Positions 1-11,168 of a stretch of DNA of 47,985 bases are shown in pieces. Both the position numbers and the translations under genes were made by a program. Location: assembly GCA_003558085.1 (NCBI GenBank), contig PWMT01000144.1, positions 1 through 47,985 of the forward strand, written 5' to 3'. The stretch is from Methanobacteriaceae archaeon. GTDB lineage: Archaea > Methanobacteriota > Methanobacteria > Methanobacteriales > Methanobacteriaceae. The stretch's first letter is position 1, and each line of letters starts with the position of its first letter. The notes below the pieces were generated by a model, which searched no databases, was not told where the DNA came from, and saw only the letters and a list, made by a program, of their open reading frames with translations.

Positions 1-280
<280 letters not shown>

Positions 281-348
281 ATTATCACCTGATTTTTTTT
301 ATTAGAAATCCAGTCCTTTTTCCTAAAAATTATAAAGATTGTATCCTA

Positions 349-1275
349 TCAATTTACGCTACATAATATAACATCACATCTTAATGGGGATTTATTTCGC
401 TTTAAACAGAGGTTTTCATTTTCAATTACCACTATATCCCCTTCTTGTACATCCTCGGGATTGGAAGTGAACATCAAAACCTTTTCTCCTGGACCGGAGA
501 GAGGTTTCCAGTTAATATCATAGGCCTGTACATTATTTCCTAGAACGATTTCCAGTCTATCCTCTTCCACTTTTACTATCCGGCCTACTTCACCTTCATT
601 TAAAATTTTAGAAGCCATATTTATGGCTTCTGCTTTTTCTAAAAGATCTTTTTGCAGTTTTTGCCTCCATTTCTGTAATAATTTAACATCCCTAACCACC
701 GTTTCTCGCAGAATCTGTTGTGCTTCTTTTTTATCTAAAGGGGGATTTTTAATGAATGTATCTATAGAGGTCCCTACTGAAGGTGTTTTTTTAGATATTT
801 CCTCATGTACTTTCTTTAAGATATTTTCTATTTCTTTTAAACTTGTTTTCGATTTCCAGTATTTTTTTAGTAGCTTGGAAGCCAATTTTTTACTATATTT
901 ATTACCAAAAACAATTATAGAGGCTTCACCCTTATCCATTTTAGTGATATTAGAACCAGTTAATTCAATCACTTGATATCCGTTGGTGGTGGCATATATC
1001 CGACGTCTTTTGGTTTCAAAGGAACCTTTAGAACTAACCTCCCCTACCACTACTTTACCCAGGCTACGTAATTTAACAGCATCATCAGTTACTTTTAAAT
1101 TTATTTCCAACTCTTCCGCCCTTCTATAAAGTTCTTGATCATTTTTTATCTTTTCAGAGTAAAGCTCAGCTTCTAATACTTCCCGATTGGTTTTATTACC
1201 GAAAAAAGCTATTTTGCGTTTATCTCCAGACATTACACAGCCTTTACTACCAATATATGTTATAATAAGACTCAT
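349..1275 (-). CDS. Connectase (DUF2121, MJ0548-like), a proteasome-beta-related protein ligase of methanogens
   Basis: N-terminus MSLIITYIGSKGCVMSGDKR exposes Ser1 as Ntn nucleophile; KRRRIY motif; C-terminal beta-barrel extension; AGGTGG RBS. Confidence 0.85.
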   Translation of the reverse strand: MSLIITYIGSKGCVMSGDKRKIAFFGNKTNREVLEAELYSEKIKNDQELYRRAEELEINLKVTDDAVKLRSLGKVVVGEVSSKGSFETKRRRIYATTNGYQVIELTGSNITKMDKGEASIIVFGNKYSKKLASKLLKKYWKSKTSLKEIENILKKVHEEISKKTPSVGTSIDTFIKNPPLDKKEAQQILRETVVRDVKLLQKWRQKLQKDLLEKAEAINMASKILNEGEVGRIVKVEEDRLEIVLGNNVQAYDINWKPLSGPGEKVLMFTSNPEDVQEGDIVVIENENLCLKRNKSPLRCDVILCSVN

Positions 1276-1759
1276 TCGTCCACCTGAATTTGATTGTATT
1301 TATTTATTATAAGGGGTTAGAAAATCATAAGTTCCTGGATTTTTTTTATTAGTGAGGAATTAAATCCTTTCTGGGTAGAATATTTCTCCCCAGATTTTAG
1401 GAATAGTTTATCTTCCATTTCACTATAACATCCATTAATATCTTCGATTTGGTGATTAAATTCCCCGCAAGTTAAGATGCTTATTCTTTTGATTTTTGTA
1501 TTATTAAATAAAAGTTTATGTATTTCTGTTTTTCATCGGACTATAAAAAAATAATAATGATAATAAAAATATATTCTGATCTTATTTCGATCCTCATTTA
1601 TAATTTAAAATAAGGAAATACGGTTTTTAGGGGGTGGCTTTAATCATAGAAAAATTTACCTTATCTTAACTACATAGTTTATGTTGAAATAAATGTAAAC
1701 CCCTGACTATAGAGATAAAAATTAAATTTAGGACTAATTAAGAAAAATGAGGAATTTAA

Positions 1760-3874
1760 ATGGTCTCTACAGAAAAAAAAGAATATGAAAATCATTTGAT
1801 TAATGAAAAAAGTCCTTATCTACTGCAACATGCGCATAACCCCGTTGATTGGTATCCATGGGGAGATGAAGCATTTGAAAAGGCTGAAAAAGAGAATAAA
1901 CCTATTTTTTTATCTATTGGTTATTCGACCTGCCATTGGTGTCATGTAATGGCCCATGAGTCTTTTGAAGATCCAGAAATAGGAGAAATGATCAATAGAG
2001 TCTTTGTACCGGTTAAAGTTGACCGGGAAGAACGACCAGATATTGACAGTACTTATATGCATGTTTGTCAGATGATGACTGGCAGTGGTGGATGGCCTTT
2101 AACCTTAATTTTAACTCCTGAAGGGAAACCTTTTTTTGCAGGAACTTATTTTCCAAAAGAAAGCCGTTATGGTAGTATAGGTCTTAAAGATTTGATTTTA
2201 AAAGTTGAAATTCTGTGGAGAAACAATCCTCAAGAAGCCCAGCAGTCTGCAGAGCAGATCGTGAATGTCTTAGAGAAAACCGCCCAGGTGGAAAAAAAAG
2301 AGGATATCCCTGAAGATATTTTTGAGAGAACCTTTCAAGGTCTAAAAGATACTTTTGATGAGATTAATGGTGGTTTTGGAAAGTTACAAAAGTTTCCCAC
2401 CCCCCATAATCTTTACTTTTTATTAAGATATTGGAAGCGTAGTTTAGATATGGGAGCCTGGAACATGGTTAAAAAAACCCTGGATAAGATGCAACAGGGA
2501 GGTATCTATGATCATGTCGGTTTTGGTTTTCACCGATATGCAATAGATCCAGAATGGATAGTGCCTCATTTTGAAAAGATGCTCTATGATCAGGGTTTAA
2601 TATCCTTAGCCTATCTCGAGGCATTTCAAGTCAGCGGGGATAAATCTTATGAGAAAAGAGTTCGAGAAATATTCGAATACGTTTTAAGAGATCTCAGATC
2701 ATCTGAGGGCGGATTTTACTCTGCCGAGGATGCTGACAGTGAAGGAGTGGAGGGTAAATTTTATTTATGGAGTAAAAAAGAAATAGAAGACGTTCTTGAA
2801 GATGATGCACCGCTTATGATGGAAATATATAATATAAAGGAAGCAGGTAATTTTTTGGATGAATCTACGGGTGAGAAAACCGGTAAAAACATCCTATATC
2901 AAGATAAACCCTTAGAAGATATTTGTGAAGATAAAGGCCTTAGTTTAAATCAACTGGAAGATAAGATTGATAAATGGCGTGGAAAACTTTTTAAAGTGCG
3001 TGAGAAAAGAATACATCCTCATAAAGATGATAAAATATTGACTGATTGGAATGGTCTGATGATAGCTGCTTTAGCTAAAGGTGCTCAAGTATTAAATGAA
3101 AAAAAATATCTTCAAGCTGCAGAAAGTGCAGCAGATTTTATTTTAAAGGAGATGTGTGCTGATAAGAGATTGATGCATCGTTATCGAGATGGTGAAAGTG
3201 CAGTTACCGGATATCTTGATGATTACGCTTTTTTTATATGGGGGCTGCTGGAATTATACCAGGCTAATTTTAAAGATAAATATCTAGCTGCAGCTTATAA
3301 GTTGAACCAATCCCTACTTAAATACTTCTTCGATATAGAAGAAGGTGGTTTCTATTTTACTCCTGAAGATGGAGAAAAGATACTTATAAGAAAAAAAGAA
3401 AGTTTTGATAGTGCTATACCCTCTGGAAACTCCATACAAACCCTAAATTTATTAAAAATTAGTCTTTTAATTGAGAATCTGGAATTAAAAGAATATGCTA
3501 TAAAGAATATAGATCATTTTTCCCCTAAAATCAAAAAATCGCAACTGGCTCACACCCAATTTATCAATGCCCTGGACTTTGAATGGGGACCCTATTGGAA
3601 TCTAGTAATTTCCTGTCCAGAAGATGAACCTAAATCCAGAGAAATACCCCTAATTCTAGGAAAATATTTCCTACCTAAGCTGACCCTTATCCTAAAAGAT
3701 AAAGATTCAGAACTAGAATGGCTTCTCCAAATCAATGAATCTTTAAAAGCCAAAAAACCTGTTGATAATAAATGCACCGCTTATTTATGCTCAGATGAAG
3801 ATTGTAAAAATCCTAGCACCCAAATAGAAGATATATTAACATATTTAGATCCTAAAACAATTTCTAATTCCTGA
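1760..3874 (+). CDS. YyaL/SSP411 family (DUF255) thioredoxin-domain protein with (alpha/alpha)6 barrel
   Basis: [65 protein letters not shown] motifs. Confidence 0.93.
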   Translation: MVSTEKKEYENHLINEKSPYLLQHAHNPVDWYPWGDEAFEKAEKENKPIFLSIGYSTCHWCHVMAHESFEDPEIGEMINRVFVPVKVDREERPDIDSTYMHVCQMMTGSGGWPLTLILTPEGKPFFAGTYFPKESRYGSIGLKDLILKVEILWRNNPQEAQQSAEQIVNVLEKTAQVEKKEDIPEDIFERTFQGLKDTFDEINGGFGKLQKFPTPHNLYFLLRYWKRSLDMGAWNMVKKTLDKMQQGGIYDHVGFGFHRYAIDPEWIVPHFEKMLYDQGLISLAYLEAFQVSGDKSYEKRVREIFEYVLRDLRSSEGGFYSAEDADSEGVEGKFYLWSKKEIEDVLEDDAPLMMEIYNIKEAGNFLDESTGEKTGKNILYQDKPLEDICEDKGLSLNQLEDKIDKWRGKLFKVREKRIHPHKDDKILTDWNGLMIAALAKGAQVLNEKKYLQAAESAADFILKEMCADKRLMHRYRDGESAVTGYLDDYAFFIWGLLELYQANFKDKYLAAAYKLNQSLLKYFFDIEEGGFYFTPEDGEKILIRKKESFDSAIPSGNSIQTLNLLKISLLIENLELKEYAIKNIDHFSPKIKKSQLAHTQFINALDFEWGPYWNLVISCPEDEPKSREIPLILGKYFLPKLTLILKDKDSELEWLLQINESLKAKKPVDNKCTAYLCSDEDCKNPSTQIEDILTYLDPKTISNS

Positions 3875-3914
3875 TAATTAATAATACATTTAAAAAAAAA
3901 TGGAGTTTTTTTAA

Positions 3915-6065
3915 ATGAAATCCCCAGATAATGGAGAGAAAAATAATAAAAAAGATCATAGTAAACATCATTCTCAACCAGATCATGACCACCAAAAGGA
4001 TAAAGATAATAAAGCCACTGAAAATGATGCATCTTCTAGCGATAACCATAATGGAGACCATGATTCTCACCTGGATGAAGAATCTGCACCCAAACATGGC
4101 TCCCATCACCAACATATGATGGAGGATTATAAGAGAAGATTTTTGGTATCCGTAATACTCACCGTACCTATATTTTTATTATCTCCTCTTATTCAAGAAC
4201 CATTAGGTATAACAGAGTTAATGACGTTTCCTGGTGATCGCTTTATCTTTTTCATTTTAGCCTCTATAGTATTTATTTACGGAGGTTATCCCTTCATAAA
4301 AGGTTTAATCAGAGAATCAAAAATAAAAAGACCGGGTATGATGACCCTGATAGCTTTAGCTATCATTGTCTCCTATAGTTATAGTGCAGCAGTTTTCTTT
4401 GGACTTCCTGGCATGGATTTATTTCCAGAACTGGTAATTCTAATAGATATCATGCTCCTGGGTCACTGGATAGAGATGAGATCTATTCAAGGTGCATCTA
4501 AAGCCCTGGAAAAATTGGTTGAATTATTACCTAAAAAAGCTCATCGTATAAATGAAGAAGGTAAAGTGGAGGATGTACCTCTTAAATCTCTCCAGATAAA
4601 GGATAAAGTGGTGGTTAAACCTGGTGAAAAAATACCTGCTGATGGGAAAATAATAGAGGGCAAAAGTTCTATTAACGAGGCCTTGCTTACTGGTGAATCC
4701 ACACCCTTAGATAAAGAAGTTGGTGATGAGGTCATTGGAGGTTCCATAAATGGTGAAGGTTCCCTAACCATTGAAATAGAAAAAAAAGGTGAAGATTCCT
4801 TCCTATCCCAGGTAATTGATTTAGTTAATCAAGCTCAAGAAGCAAAATCTGATACTCAGGATTTAACTGACCGGGCTGGTTTATGGCTTACCATTGTTGC
4901 ACTGGGAGGAGGAGCCTTAACTTTAATAGTGTGGTTTGCAATTTTTAATATGGATTTTGCCTTCTCTTTAGAGCGAACCGTCACTGTTATGGTAACTGCA
5001 TGTCCGCATGCCCTTGGATTAGCTATACCATTAGTTATAGCAGTTTCTACATCCATATCGGCCAAAAATGGGTTTTTAATTAAAAATAGAAGTAATTTTG
5101 AAGATTCAAAAGATATTGAAGCCGTAATATTTGATAAAACTGGTACTTTAACCCGGGGAGAATTAGGAGTTAGTGATGTTTATGCATTCGGCTCAGAATT
5201 CGATGAAGGAGATATTTTAAAGTATGCTGCCTCAGTCGAATCAAAATCTGAACATCCTATAGCCCAAGGCATAGTATCTGCAGTGGAAGGAACATTTCCA
5301 GTAGAGGATTTTGAGTCTTTACCAGGAAAAGGAGCTTCAGGTATAGTTGATGGAAATAAAGTGCAAATAGTCAGTCCTGGTTTTATAAAAGATAAAGGAA
5401 TAGAATTGGAAGATGAACAAGTTTTAGATCTTTTCTCTCAAGGAAAAACCGTGGTATTAGTATTAATTGATGATGAACTAGTAGGTTGTATAGCCCTGGC
5501 AGATGTTATTAGAGAAGAATCAGCTGAAGCTATAAAAAAACTTCAAAATAAAGGTATAACCTGTATTATGCTCACTGGTGATACTAAAGGTGTGGCCAAG
5601 TGGGTTTCTGAAAAATTAAATTTAGATGAATATTTCTACGAGGTTCTCCCTAAAGAAAAAGCAGAAAAAGTAAAAGAAATCCAAGATAGGGGGCTTAAAG
5701 TTGCCATGACTGGAGATGGAGTAAATGATGCTCCTGCTTTAGCTCAGGCCGATGTGGGAATAGCTATCGGTGCTGGTACAGATGTAGCCATGGAAACTGC
5801 TGATATAATTTTGGTTAGAAGTAATCCTCTAGATGTGGTGGCCTTATTAGATTTATCTTCTGCTACCTATCGCAAGATGTGGGAAAATCTATTATGGGCC
5901 AGTGGATACAATGCAGTTGCCCTTCCTTTAGCTGCTGGCATACTTTTTGGACAAGGGATAATTTTAACTCCAGCTATGGGGGCTATCTTCATGTCCTTAA
6001 GTACAGTCATAGTGGCGATTAATGCCCAAATATTTAGATTTAAACCACCCAAATTAACCAGATAA
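3915..6065 (+). CDS. copB: Copper-translocating P1B-type ATPase, CopB subtype
   Basis: His-rich N-terminus, TGES, intramembrane CPH, DKTGT phosphorylation site, SEHP, GDGVNDAPAL, YN and MSLST. Confidence 0.93.
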   Translation: MKSPDNGEKNNKKDHSKHHSQPDHDHQKDKDNKATENDASSSDNHNGDHDSHLDEESAPKHGSHHQHMMEDYKRRFLVSVILTVPIFLLSPLIQEPLGITELMTFPGDRFIFFILASIVFIYGGYPFIKGLIRESKIKRPGMMTLIALAIIVSYSYSAAVFFGLPGMDLFPELVILIDIMLLGHWIEMRSIQGASKALEKLVELLPKKAHRINEEGKVEDVPLKSLQIKDKVVVKPGEKIPADGKIIEGKSSINEALLTGESTPLDKEVGDEVIGGSINGEGSLTIEIEKKGEDSFLSQVIDLVNQAQEAKSDTQDLTDRAGLWLTIVALGGGALTLIVWFAIFNMDFAFSLERTVTVMVTACPHALGLAIPLVIAVSTSISAKNGFLIKNRSNFEDSKDIEAVIFDKTGTLTRGELGVSDVYAFGSEFDEGDILKYAASVESKSEHPIAQGIVSAVEGTFPVEDFESLPGKGASGIVDGNKVQIVSPGFIKDKGIELEDEQVLDLFSQGKTVVLVLIDDELVGCIALADVIREESAEAIKKLQNKGITCIMLTGDTKGVAKWVSEKLNLDEYFYEVLPKEKAEKVKEIQDRGLKVAMTGDGVNDAPALAQADVGIAIGAGTDVAMETADIILVRSNPLDVVALLDLSSATYRKMWENLLWASGYNAVALPLAAGILFGQGIILTPAMGAIFMSLSTVIVAINAQIFRFKPPKLTR

Positions 6066-6136
6066 GACTAAAATATAATTAAAACTCTTTAAAATAGTGT
6101 TTTGTTTAATTTGATAATAAAGATTCTCCAAAAGCT

Positions 6137-6166
6137 AACTAAAACTAATGTTTTATGGTTTTAGTT
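6137..6166. promoter_or_regulatory. 9-bp inverted repeat between copB and rbr (operator or terminator)
   Basis: AACTAAAAC-N12-GTTTTAGTT, about 15 nt upstream of a TTTATTATAT TATA-like box preceding rbr. Confidence 0.35.
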
Positions 6167-6236
6167 GAAGATTAACAAAAATTTATTATATAATCCTGAA
6201 CAAATATAATCATAGACATTAGTTAGAGGTGATTAA

Positions 6237-6926
6237 ATGTTAAGAACTTTAGAAAAGTTAACTTTGGCCTTTATTTTAGAAAGTCAAGCCCGGAACCGAT
6301 ACACTTTCTATGCAAAAGTCGCTAAAAAAGAAGGATATCCGCAGATATCTGATATATTTCTCGCCACTGCTGATCAAGAACGAGAACATGCTAAATGGTT
6401 GTTTAGACATATCAATGAATTGAAAGATAAAGTTGATGAAAATATAGAGGAAATTCAGGAAGCAGAAACACCTAACATATTAGGAGATCTGGTAAAAGAA
6501 ATGAAAGATAAGGCTACTAGTAAATTTAAAGAAAAAGTAGATGAAACCTTAGAAAATATTTTAATAGTAGCTCAAGCCCCAACCACACTAGGAGATACTG
6601 CAGAAAACCTTCAAGCAGCTATCGATGGAGAACATTATGAAAATACTGAAATGTATCCTGAATTTGCCGATGTAGCAGATAAAGAAGGATTTCCTGATAT
6701 TGCAGATCGTTTAAGAAGTATAGCTAAATCAGAAGGACATCATGAAAGACGATATATAAAATTACTCGATATAGTGGAATCTGGAACTGTCTTTGAAAAA
6801 GATCAGGAAGTGGAATGGGCTTGTCGTAAGTGTGGATACTTACACAAAGGAACCACCCCACCAGAAGAGTGTCCTTCCTGTGATCACGGAACCAAACACT
6901 TTGAAATACTATGTGAAGAATATTAA
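6237..6926 (+). CDS. rbr: Rubrerythrin with an internal insertion of about 35 aa
   Basis: ESQARNRY, EREHA, GEHYE..MYPEFA, E-G-HH diiron ligands; C-terminal CRKC...CPSC rubredoxin-like site; GAGGTGA RBS. Confidence 0.93.
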   Translation: MLRTLEKLTLAFILESQARNRYTFYAKVAKKEGYPQISDIFLATADQEREHAKWLFRHINELKDKVDENIEEIQEAETPNILGDLVKEMKDKATSKFKEKVDETLENILIVAQAPTTLGDTAENLQAAIDGEHYENTEMYPEFADVADKEGFPDIADRLRSIAKSEGHHERRYIKLLDIVESGTVFEKDQEVEWACRKCGYLHKGTTPPEECPSCDHGTKHFEILCEEY

Positions 6927-6946
6927 GTTAATACCAAAGGTCGTCT

Positions 6947-7330
6947 ATGACAAAAATTAATGAAATATATCGTTGTAATATATGTGGTAACATAGTGGAA
7001 ATATTACATGGCGGTGAAGGTGAATTAGTATGCTGCCAACAACCCATGGAACTTCTCATCGAACGTCAAACTGATATGGGACCAGAAAAACATATACCAA
7101 TCCTAGAAAAAACTGAAGAGGGTATTAAAGTAAAAATAGGTGAAGATACTCACCCTATGGATGAAAACCACTATATCGAGTGGGTGCAAATAATAATCGA
7201 TGGAGAAAGCTATATTAAATTCTTTGAGCCGGGAGATAAACCTGAAACTGAATTTAAATTAGTTATCCCAGAAGACTCATCAATTAAGGTCAGAGAATAC
7301 TGTAATATTCATGGACTATGGCATTCTTAA
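6947..7330 (+). CDS. dfx: Desulfoferrodoxin (2Fe superoxide reductase)
   Basis: CNICGN...CC desulforedoxin centre; EKH, HPM, HYIEW, CNIHG catalytic centre. Confidence 0.93.
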   Translation: MTKINEIYRCNICGNIVEILHGGEGELVCCQQPMELLIERQTDMGPEKHIPILEKTEEGIKVKIGEDTHPMDENHYIEWVQIIIDGESYIKFFEPGDKPETEFKLVIPEDSSIKVREYCNIHGLWHS

Positions 7331-7628
7331 TAAAATATGCTATTTTTTTTAAATTCCTTTATTTATTTTTTATAATAAAATTTATTTAAATTTTATTTGA
7401 CCATTTAAATATTTTAAGGGCATTATTCTTTGAATAATATGGATATTTTCAATTCCTTAAGCTTAATATTAGGATAAAAGTTATTATGATAAAATATAAA
7501 GAATAAACTGTATAATCACTTATAATGATTAAGTTTATAGTCTCCTTCTAATTTATAAGAAGATAAAGTAGTAATGATAAAATAATTTAGAGTAGTTACA
7601 GAAAAAAATAATAAAGTAAGTGGGAATA

Positions 7629-8129
7629 ATGAAGGCCAAATTTAGTGTGCTACTGTTCTTAATATTGATTACTTTTATATGTGGCTGTATCGAATCAGAT
7701 ATAAACAATATTGAACAACTAACACCTCAAATCAATGATCATATGATGAAAGGTGACGATTACTATAATCAAGCTGCTCAAGAATTAAACAATTTTAGAA
7801 CAGAAAGTGCTATTGAGAATTCTAATCGCGCCACCAATGAATTTAACCTGGCCCGGAGTACTGCTTCAGAGGCACTGGTATATGCTCAAAATTCCCAAAA
7901 TGATGTTTTCATTACATATTTAGATTTAACTATATTAGAAATCGATGCTAAATTAAATGCAACATCCGAACTTAGAAGTGCAGCCCAATTTTTCCAGGCA
8001 AAGAGAATTGGAGCTGGAAATCAAAATTTAGTATTAGCCAATCAATTGATGCAGGAAGCTTTAACTTATAAAGAGCAAAAAGAAGCCCTGGTGAATCAAA
8101 ACCCTGATAAATTTAAGGGTTTATCCTAA
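7629..8129 (+). CDS. Hypothetical helical lipoprotein
   Basis: Signal peptide with lipobox-like FICGC; alpha-helical mature part. ATG 7629 preferred over GTG 7620. Confidence 0.7.
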   Translation: MKAKFSVLLFLILITFICGCIESDINNIEQLTPQINDHMMKGDDYYNQAAQELNNFRTESAIENSNRATNEFNLARSTASEALVYAQNSQNDVFITYLDLTILEIDAKLNATSELRSAAQFFQAKRIGAGNQNLVLANQLMQEALTYKEQKEALVNQNPDKFKGLS

Positions 8130-8194
8130 TTAATCATATCTTAAGAAATTCTTTTTTTTTGAGATGACTTTATTTCAGATAAGAGAGGTTAACG

Positions 8195-10378
8195 ATGTAT
8201 AAAAATTGTATAGATTGTAAAGGTAAAGGTTATCAAATTAAAGATTATATTGAATGTGAATCATGTAAGGGAACTGGATTAGAGGAACCCTTAGAAATAA
8301 AAGATCATTTTAAAGGCATTTCTAATCAGGCCCGACAAAAATTTGATTTAGATGAAGATCAGGACGTGCCCTGTGAAAAATGTAAAGGTAAAGGTGAAAT
8401 TGAAATGACAGAACCTTGTCCTATTTGTGAAGGGAAAGGAGAAATAAATGTATGTACTGCCTGTGGAAAACTAATCCAAGGCCGAGCTGATTACTGTGAG
8501 CAATGCCAGCGAAAAGAACTGGTATATGTACTGCATCCTGCCTGTGAAATGAGTGATCTGGAGGTAGGTTCTATCTATAAGGGCCGGGTTAGTCGAGTGG
8601 AGAATTATGGAATCTTTGTAAGTTTGAATAATCAGGTCTGGGGATTAATGCGTACCGGAAAGCCTAAACATAAAGTTGGAGACGATATACTGGTAAAGGT
8701 TAGTGAATTAAAACCTCAGAAAGGGGAAGTTGATTTAGGACCTGCTAATATTAAAGGTGATTATGAGCTGGTAAAATTAAAAAAGGAATTACCTAGAACT
8801 AAAATTGATGAAATTGATCAGGAAAGCATAGGCCAAAATGTACGTATTGTAGGTGAAGTTATACAGATCCAGCAAACCTCTGGACCAACTATCTTCACCA
8901 TCTCCGATGAAACCAATACCACTTGGGTTGCAGCATTTGATGAACCTGGAGTAAGAGTCTATCCCCATATCAATATGGAAGATATTGTGGAAGTTATGGG
9001 TGAGGTAAACCTGCATAGTGGTAAGATACAAATTGAATCCGAATCTATTGATTTACTAGAAGGAGAAGCAGCAAATGAAAGTCGTAAATTAATAGATGAC
9101 GCCATTGATAAGCGGGCCGAGCCAGAAGATGTTGATTTTTTAATTAAAAGTGATATTTTAAATAAATTAAAACCTAAAATGAGAGAAGCATCTAAGGCTA
9201 TACGCCGTGCTGTGTTTGATGGCCGATCCATTCTAGTCCGTCATCATGCAGATGCTGATGGTATTTGTGCAGGGGTAGCTATGGAAAAGGCGGTTATTCC
9301 TCTTTTAAAAGAAATAAATCCACATAGTGATGCTGAATGGCATTATTTTAAGAGAGCGCCTAGTAAAGCCCCTTTTTATGAATTAGAGGATGTGGTTAAG
9401 GATTTATCATTTGCATTGGAAGATCGGGAAAGGCATGGCCAAAAATTGCCTTTAATCGTACTATTAGATAATGGATCCACTGAAGAAGATATATTGGCTT
9501 TGATCAAAGCTAAAATATATGATATTGAAATCGTGGTTATTGATCATCACTATCCTGGAGAAGTTAAGGAAGGAAAGGTGGTGGTAGATGAATACGTGGA
9601 TTCACATGTAAATCCTTACCTGGTGGGTGGGGATTCACAGATCACTGCTGGTGCCCTTTCAGTGGAATTGGCTTGTATGATCAATCCGGATATGCAGGAT
9701 AACCTTAAGCATTTGCCAGCTATTGCTGCTGTAGGTGATCATGCTCAAGCTGCTGAAGTAGATCAATATCTGAAACTAGCACAAGATAATGGATATGATC
9801 TGGAAAAATTGGATCGAATCGCATCATGTATTGATTTTGAAGCCTATTTTCTCCGCTTCATGAATGGAAGGGGTATCATTGACACCCTACTTGCCCTGGA
9901 TAATCAGGACAAACATAAGGCCTTAGTAGAAGCATTATATCAAGAATACCAAAGAAGAGTAAAAAATCAGTTAAAAGCAGCTTTACCTAATTTAAAGTCT
10001 AAAGAGCTCCCTAATGGGGTTCTATTCAATGTTTTAGATGTGGAAAAGTATTCTCATCGTTTCACTTTCCCTGCTCCAGGTAAAACCTGTGGATTTGTAC
10101 ATGACCACATGGTACAGGAAAACCAAAACGGAAAAGCAATAATTACTCTGGCCTATGGACCTGATTTTGGGGTTATAAGAGCTACTGATGAAGTTAATTA
10201 CATTTATAGTTTCAACCTTAATGAAATAATAAGCAAACTAGCAGATGAAATACCTGAAGCAGGTATTGATGGTGGAGGACATGAGTGTGCTGGTTCTCTT
10301 AAATTCTTAGAAGGACTATCTAGTCAAGTTTTAAGTGCCTTTGCACAAGAAATAGCTGGTTTAAAATCAGAAAATTAA
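8195..10378 (+). CDS. Archaeal RecJ-like DHH nuclease with DnaJ-type Zn finger and S1/OB domains (COG1107, HAN-like)
   Basis: Repeated CxxCxGxG, S1 and OB domains, HHADADG, VIDHH, DHHA1 GGGHECAG. Confidence 0.9.
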   Translation: MYKNCIDCKGKGYQIKDYIECESCKGTGLEEPLEIKDHFKGISNQARQKFDLDEDQDVPCEKCKGKGEIEMTEPCPICEGKGEINVCTACGKLIQGRADYCEQCQRKELVYVLHPACEMSDLEVGSIYKGRVSRVENYGIFVSLNNQVWGLMRTGKPKHKVGDDILVKVSELKPQKGEVDLGPANIKGDYELVKLKKELPRTKIDEIDQESIGQNVRIVGEVIQIQQTSGPTIFTISDETNTTWVAAFDEPGVRVYPHINMEDIVEVMGEVNLHSGKIQIESESIDLLEGEAANESRKLIDDAIDKRAEPEDVDFLIKSDILNKLKPKMREASKAIRRAVFDGRSILVRHHADADGICAGVAMEKAVIPLLKEINPHSDAEWHYFKRAPSKAPFYELEDVVKDLSFALEDRERHGQKLPLIVLLDNGSTEEDILALIKAKIYDIEIVVIDHHYPGEVKEGKVVVDEYVDSHVNPYLVGGDSQITAGALSVELACMINPDMQDNLKHLPAIAAVGDHAQAAEVDQYLKLAQDNGYDLEKLDRIASCIDFEAYFLRFMNGRGIIDTLLALDNQDKHKALVEALYQEYQRRVKNQLKAALPNLKSKELPNGVLFNVLDVEKYSHRFTFPAPGKTCGFVHDHMVQENQNGKAIITLAYGPDFGVIRATDEVNYIYSFNLNEIISKLADEIPEAGIDGGGHECAGSLKFLEGLSSQVLSAFAQEIAGLKSEN

Positions 10379-10457
10379 TATGTAAATTATTTGATTAATC
10401 AGTTTTTATGATTTGATAAGTTTCTCATAACAGTTTTCTGATTAATTATTTTTTTTA

Positions 10458-11084
10458 TTATTTAATAATCTCTTGATAATAGGTACACTGTTCACTGATT
10501 GGACATCGTTCATGTTGTGGATTTATAGGACGACATATGTCCTGTCCAAATTGAACCAATAAATCATTTAACTCTATCCAATACTCTTCGGGAATTAAAT
10601 CTTCCAGTTCTTTTTCGGTTTGATCAGGATTTTTAGTATGCACCCAGCCTAATCTATTAGAGATGCGATGAACATGAGTATCCACTGGAATGGCTGGCTT
10701 TTGAAATCCGAAAACTAAAACACAGTTAGCTGTTTTACGGCCCACCCCAGGTAATTTGAGTAGTTCGCCCAGAGTATCTGGAACTTTCCCCTGATATTCA
10801 TCCCTTATAATTTGAGATACTTCTTTTATTCTCTGGGATTTTACACGATAAAAACCTGCTGATTTTATTAATTTTTGCAGATCTTCCGGTCTAGCCTGGC
10901 CAATCTGCTCTATAGAAGAATATTTAGCAAATAGTTTAGCAGTTGCATTATCTGTATTTTCATCTCGAGTGCGCTGGGAAAGTATAGTTCTAATCAAAAC
11001 ACGATAAGGATCTCCTTCTTCAAAAATCCTTAGTTTATAAATTTTCTTCAAAGCATTTATGGTATAAAGTATACTTTCTCTCAT
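10458..11084 (-). CDS. nth: Endonuclease III (HhH-GPD DNA glycosylase/AP lyase)
   Basis: [16 protein letters not shown] helix-hairpin-helix, VDTHVHR, C-terminal FeS motif. Confidence 0.93.
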   Translation of the reverse strand: MRESILYTINALKKIYKLRIFEEGDPYRVLIRTILSQRTRDENTDNATAKLFAKYSSIEQIGQARPEDLQKLIKSAGFYRVKSQRIKEVSQIIRDEYQGKVPDTLGELLKLPGVGRKTANCVLVFGFQKPAIPVDTHVHRISNRLGWVHTKNPDQTEKELEDLIPEEYWIELNDLLVQFGQDICRPINPQHERCPISEQCTYYQEIIK

Positions 11085-11168
11085 TGCTATCTCTACCTTG
11101 ATTTAAAAAAATAAATATGTATTTAAAAAAAATATGGGGGAATCTACTAAATAATTAAAATGGATCCT

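Noticed and set aside
3592-6052. Antisense/alternate-frame ORFs over yyaL and copB (and similar ones over valS, pheT, mch, mesA, lonB, thiolase, DUF11, panE)
   Set aside because: Shadow ORFs of well-supported genes, with no RBS or recognisable motifs.
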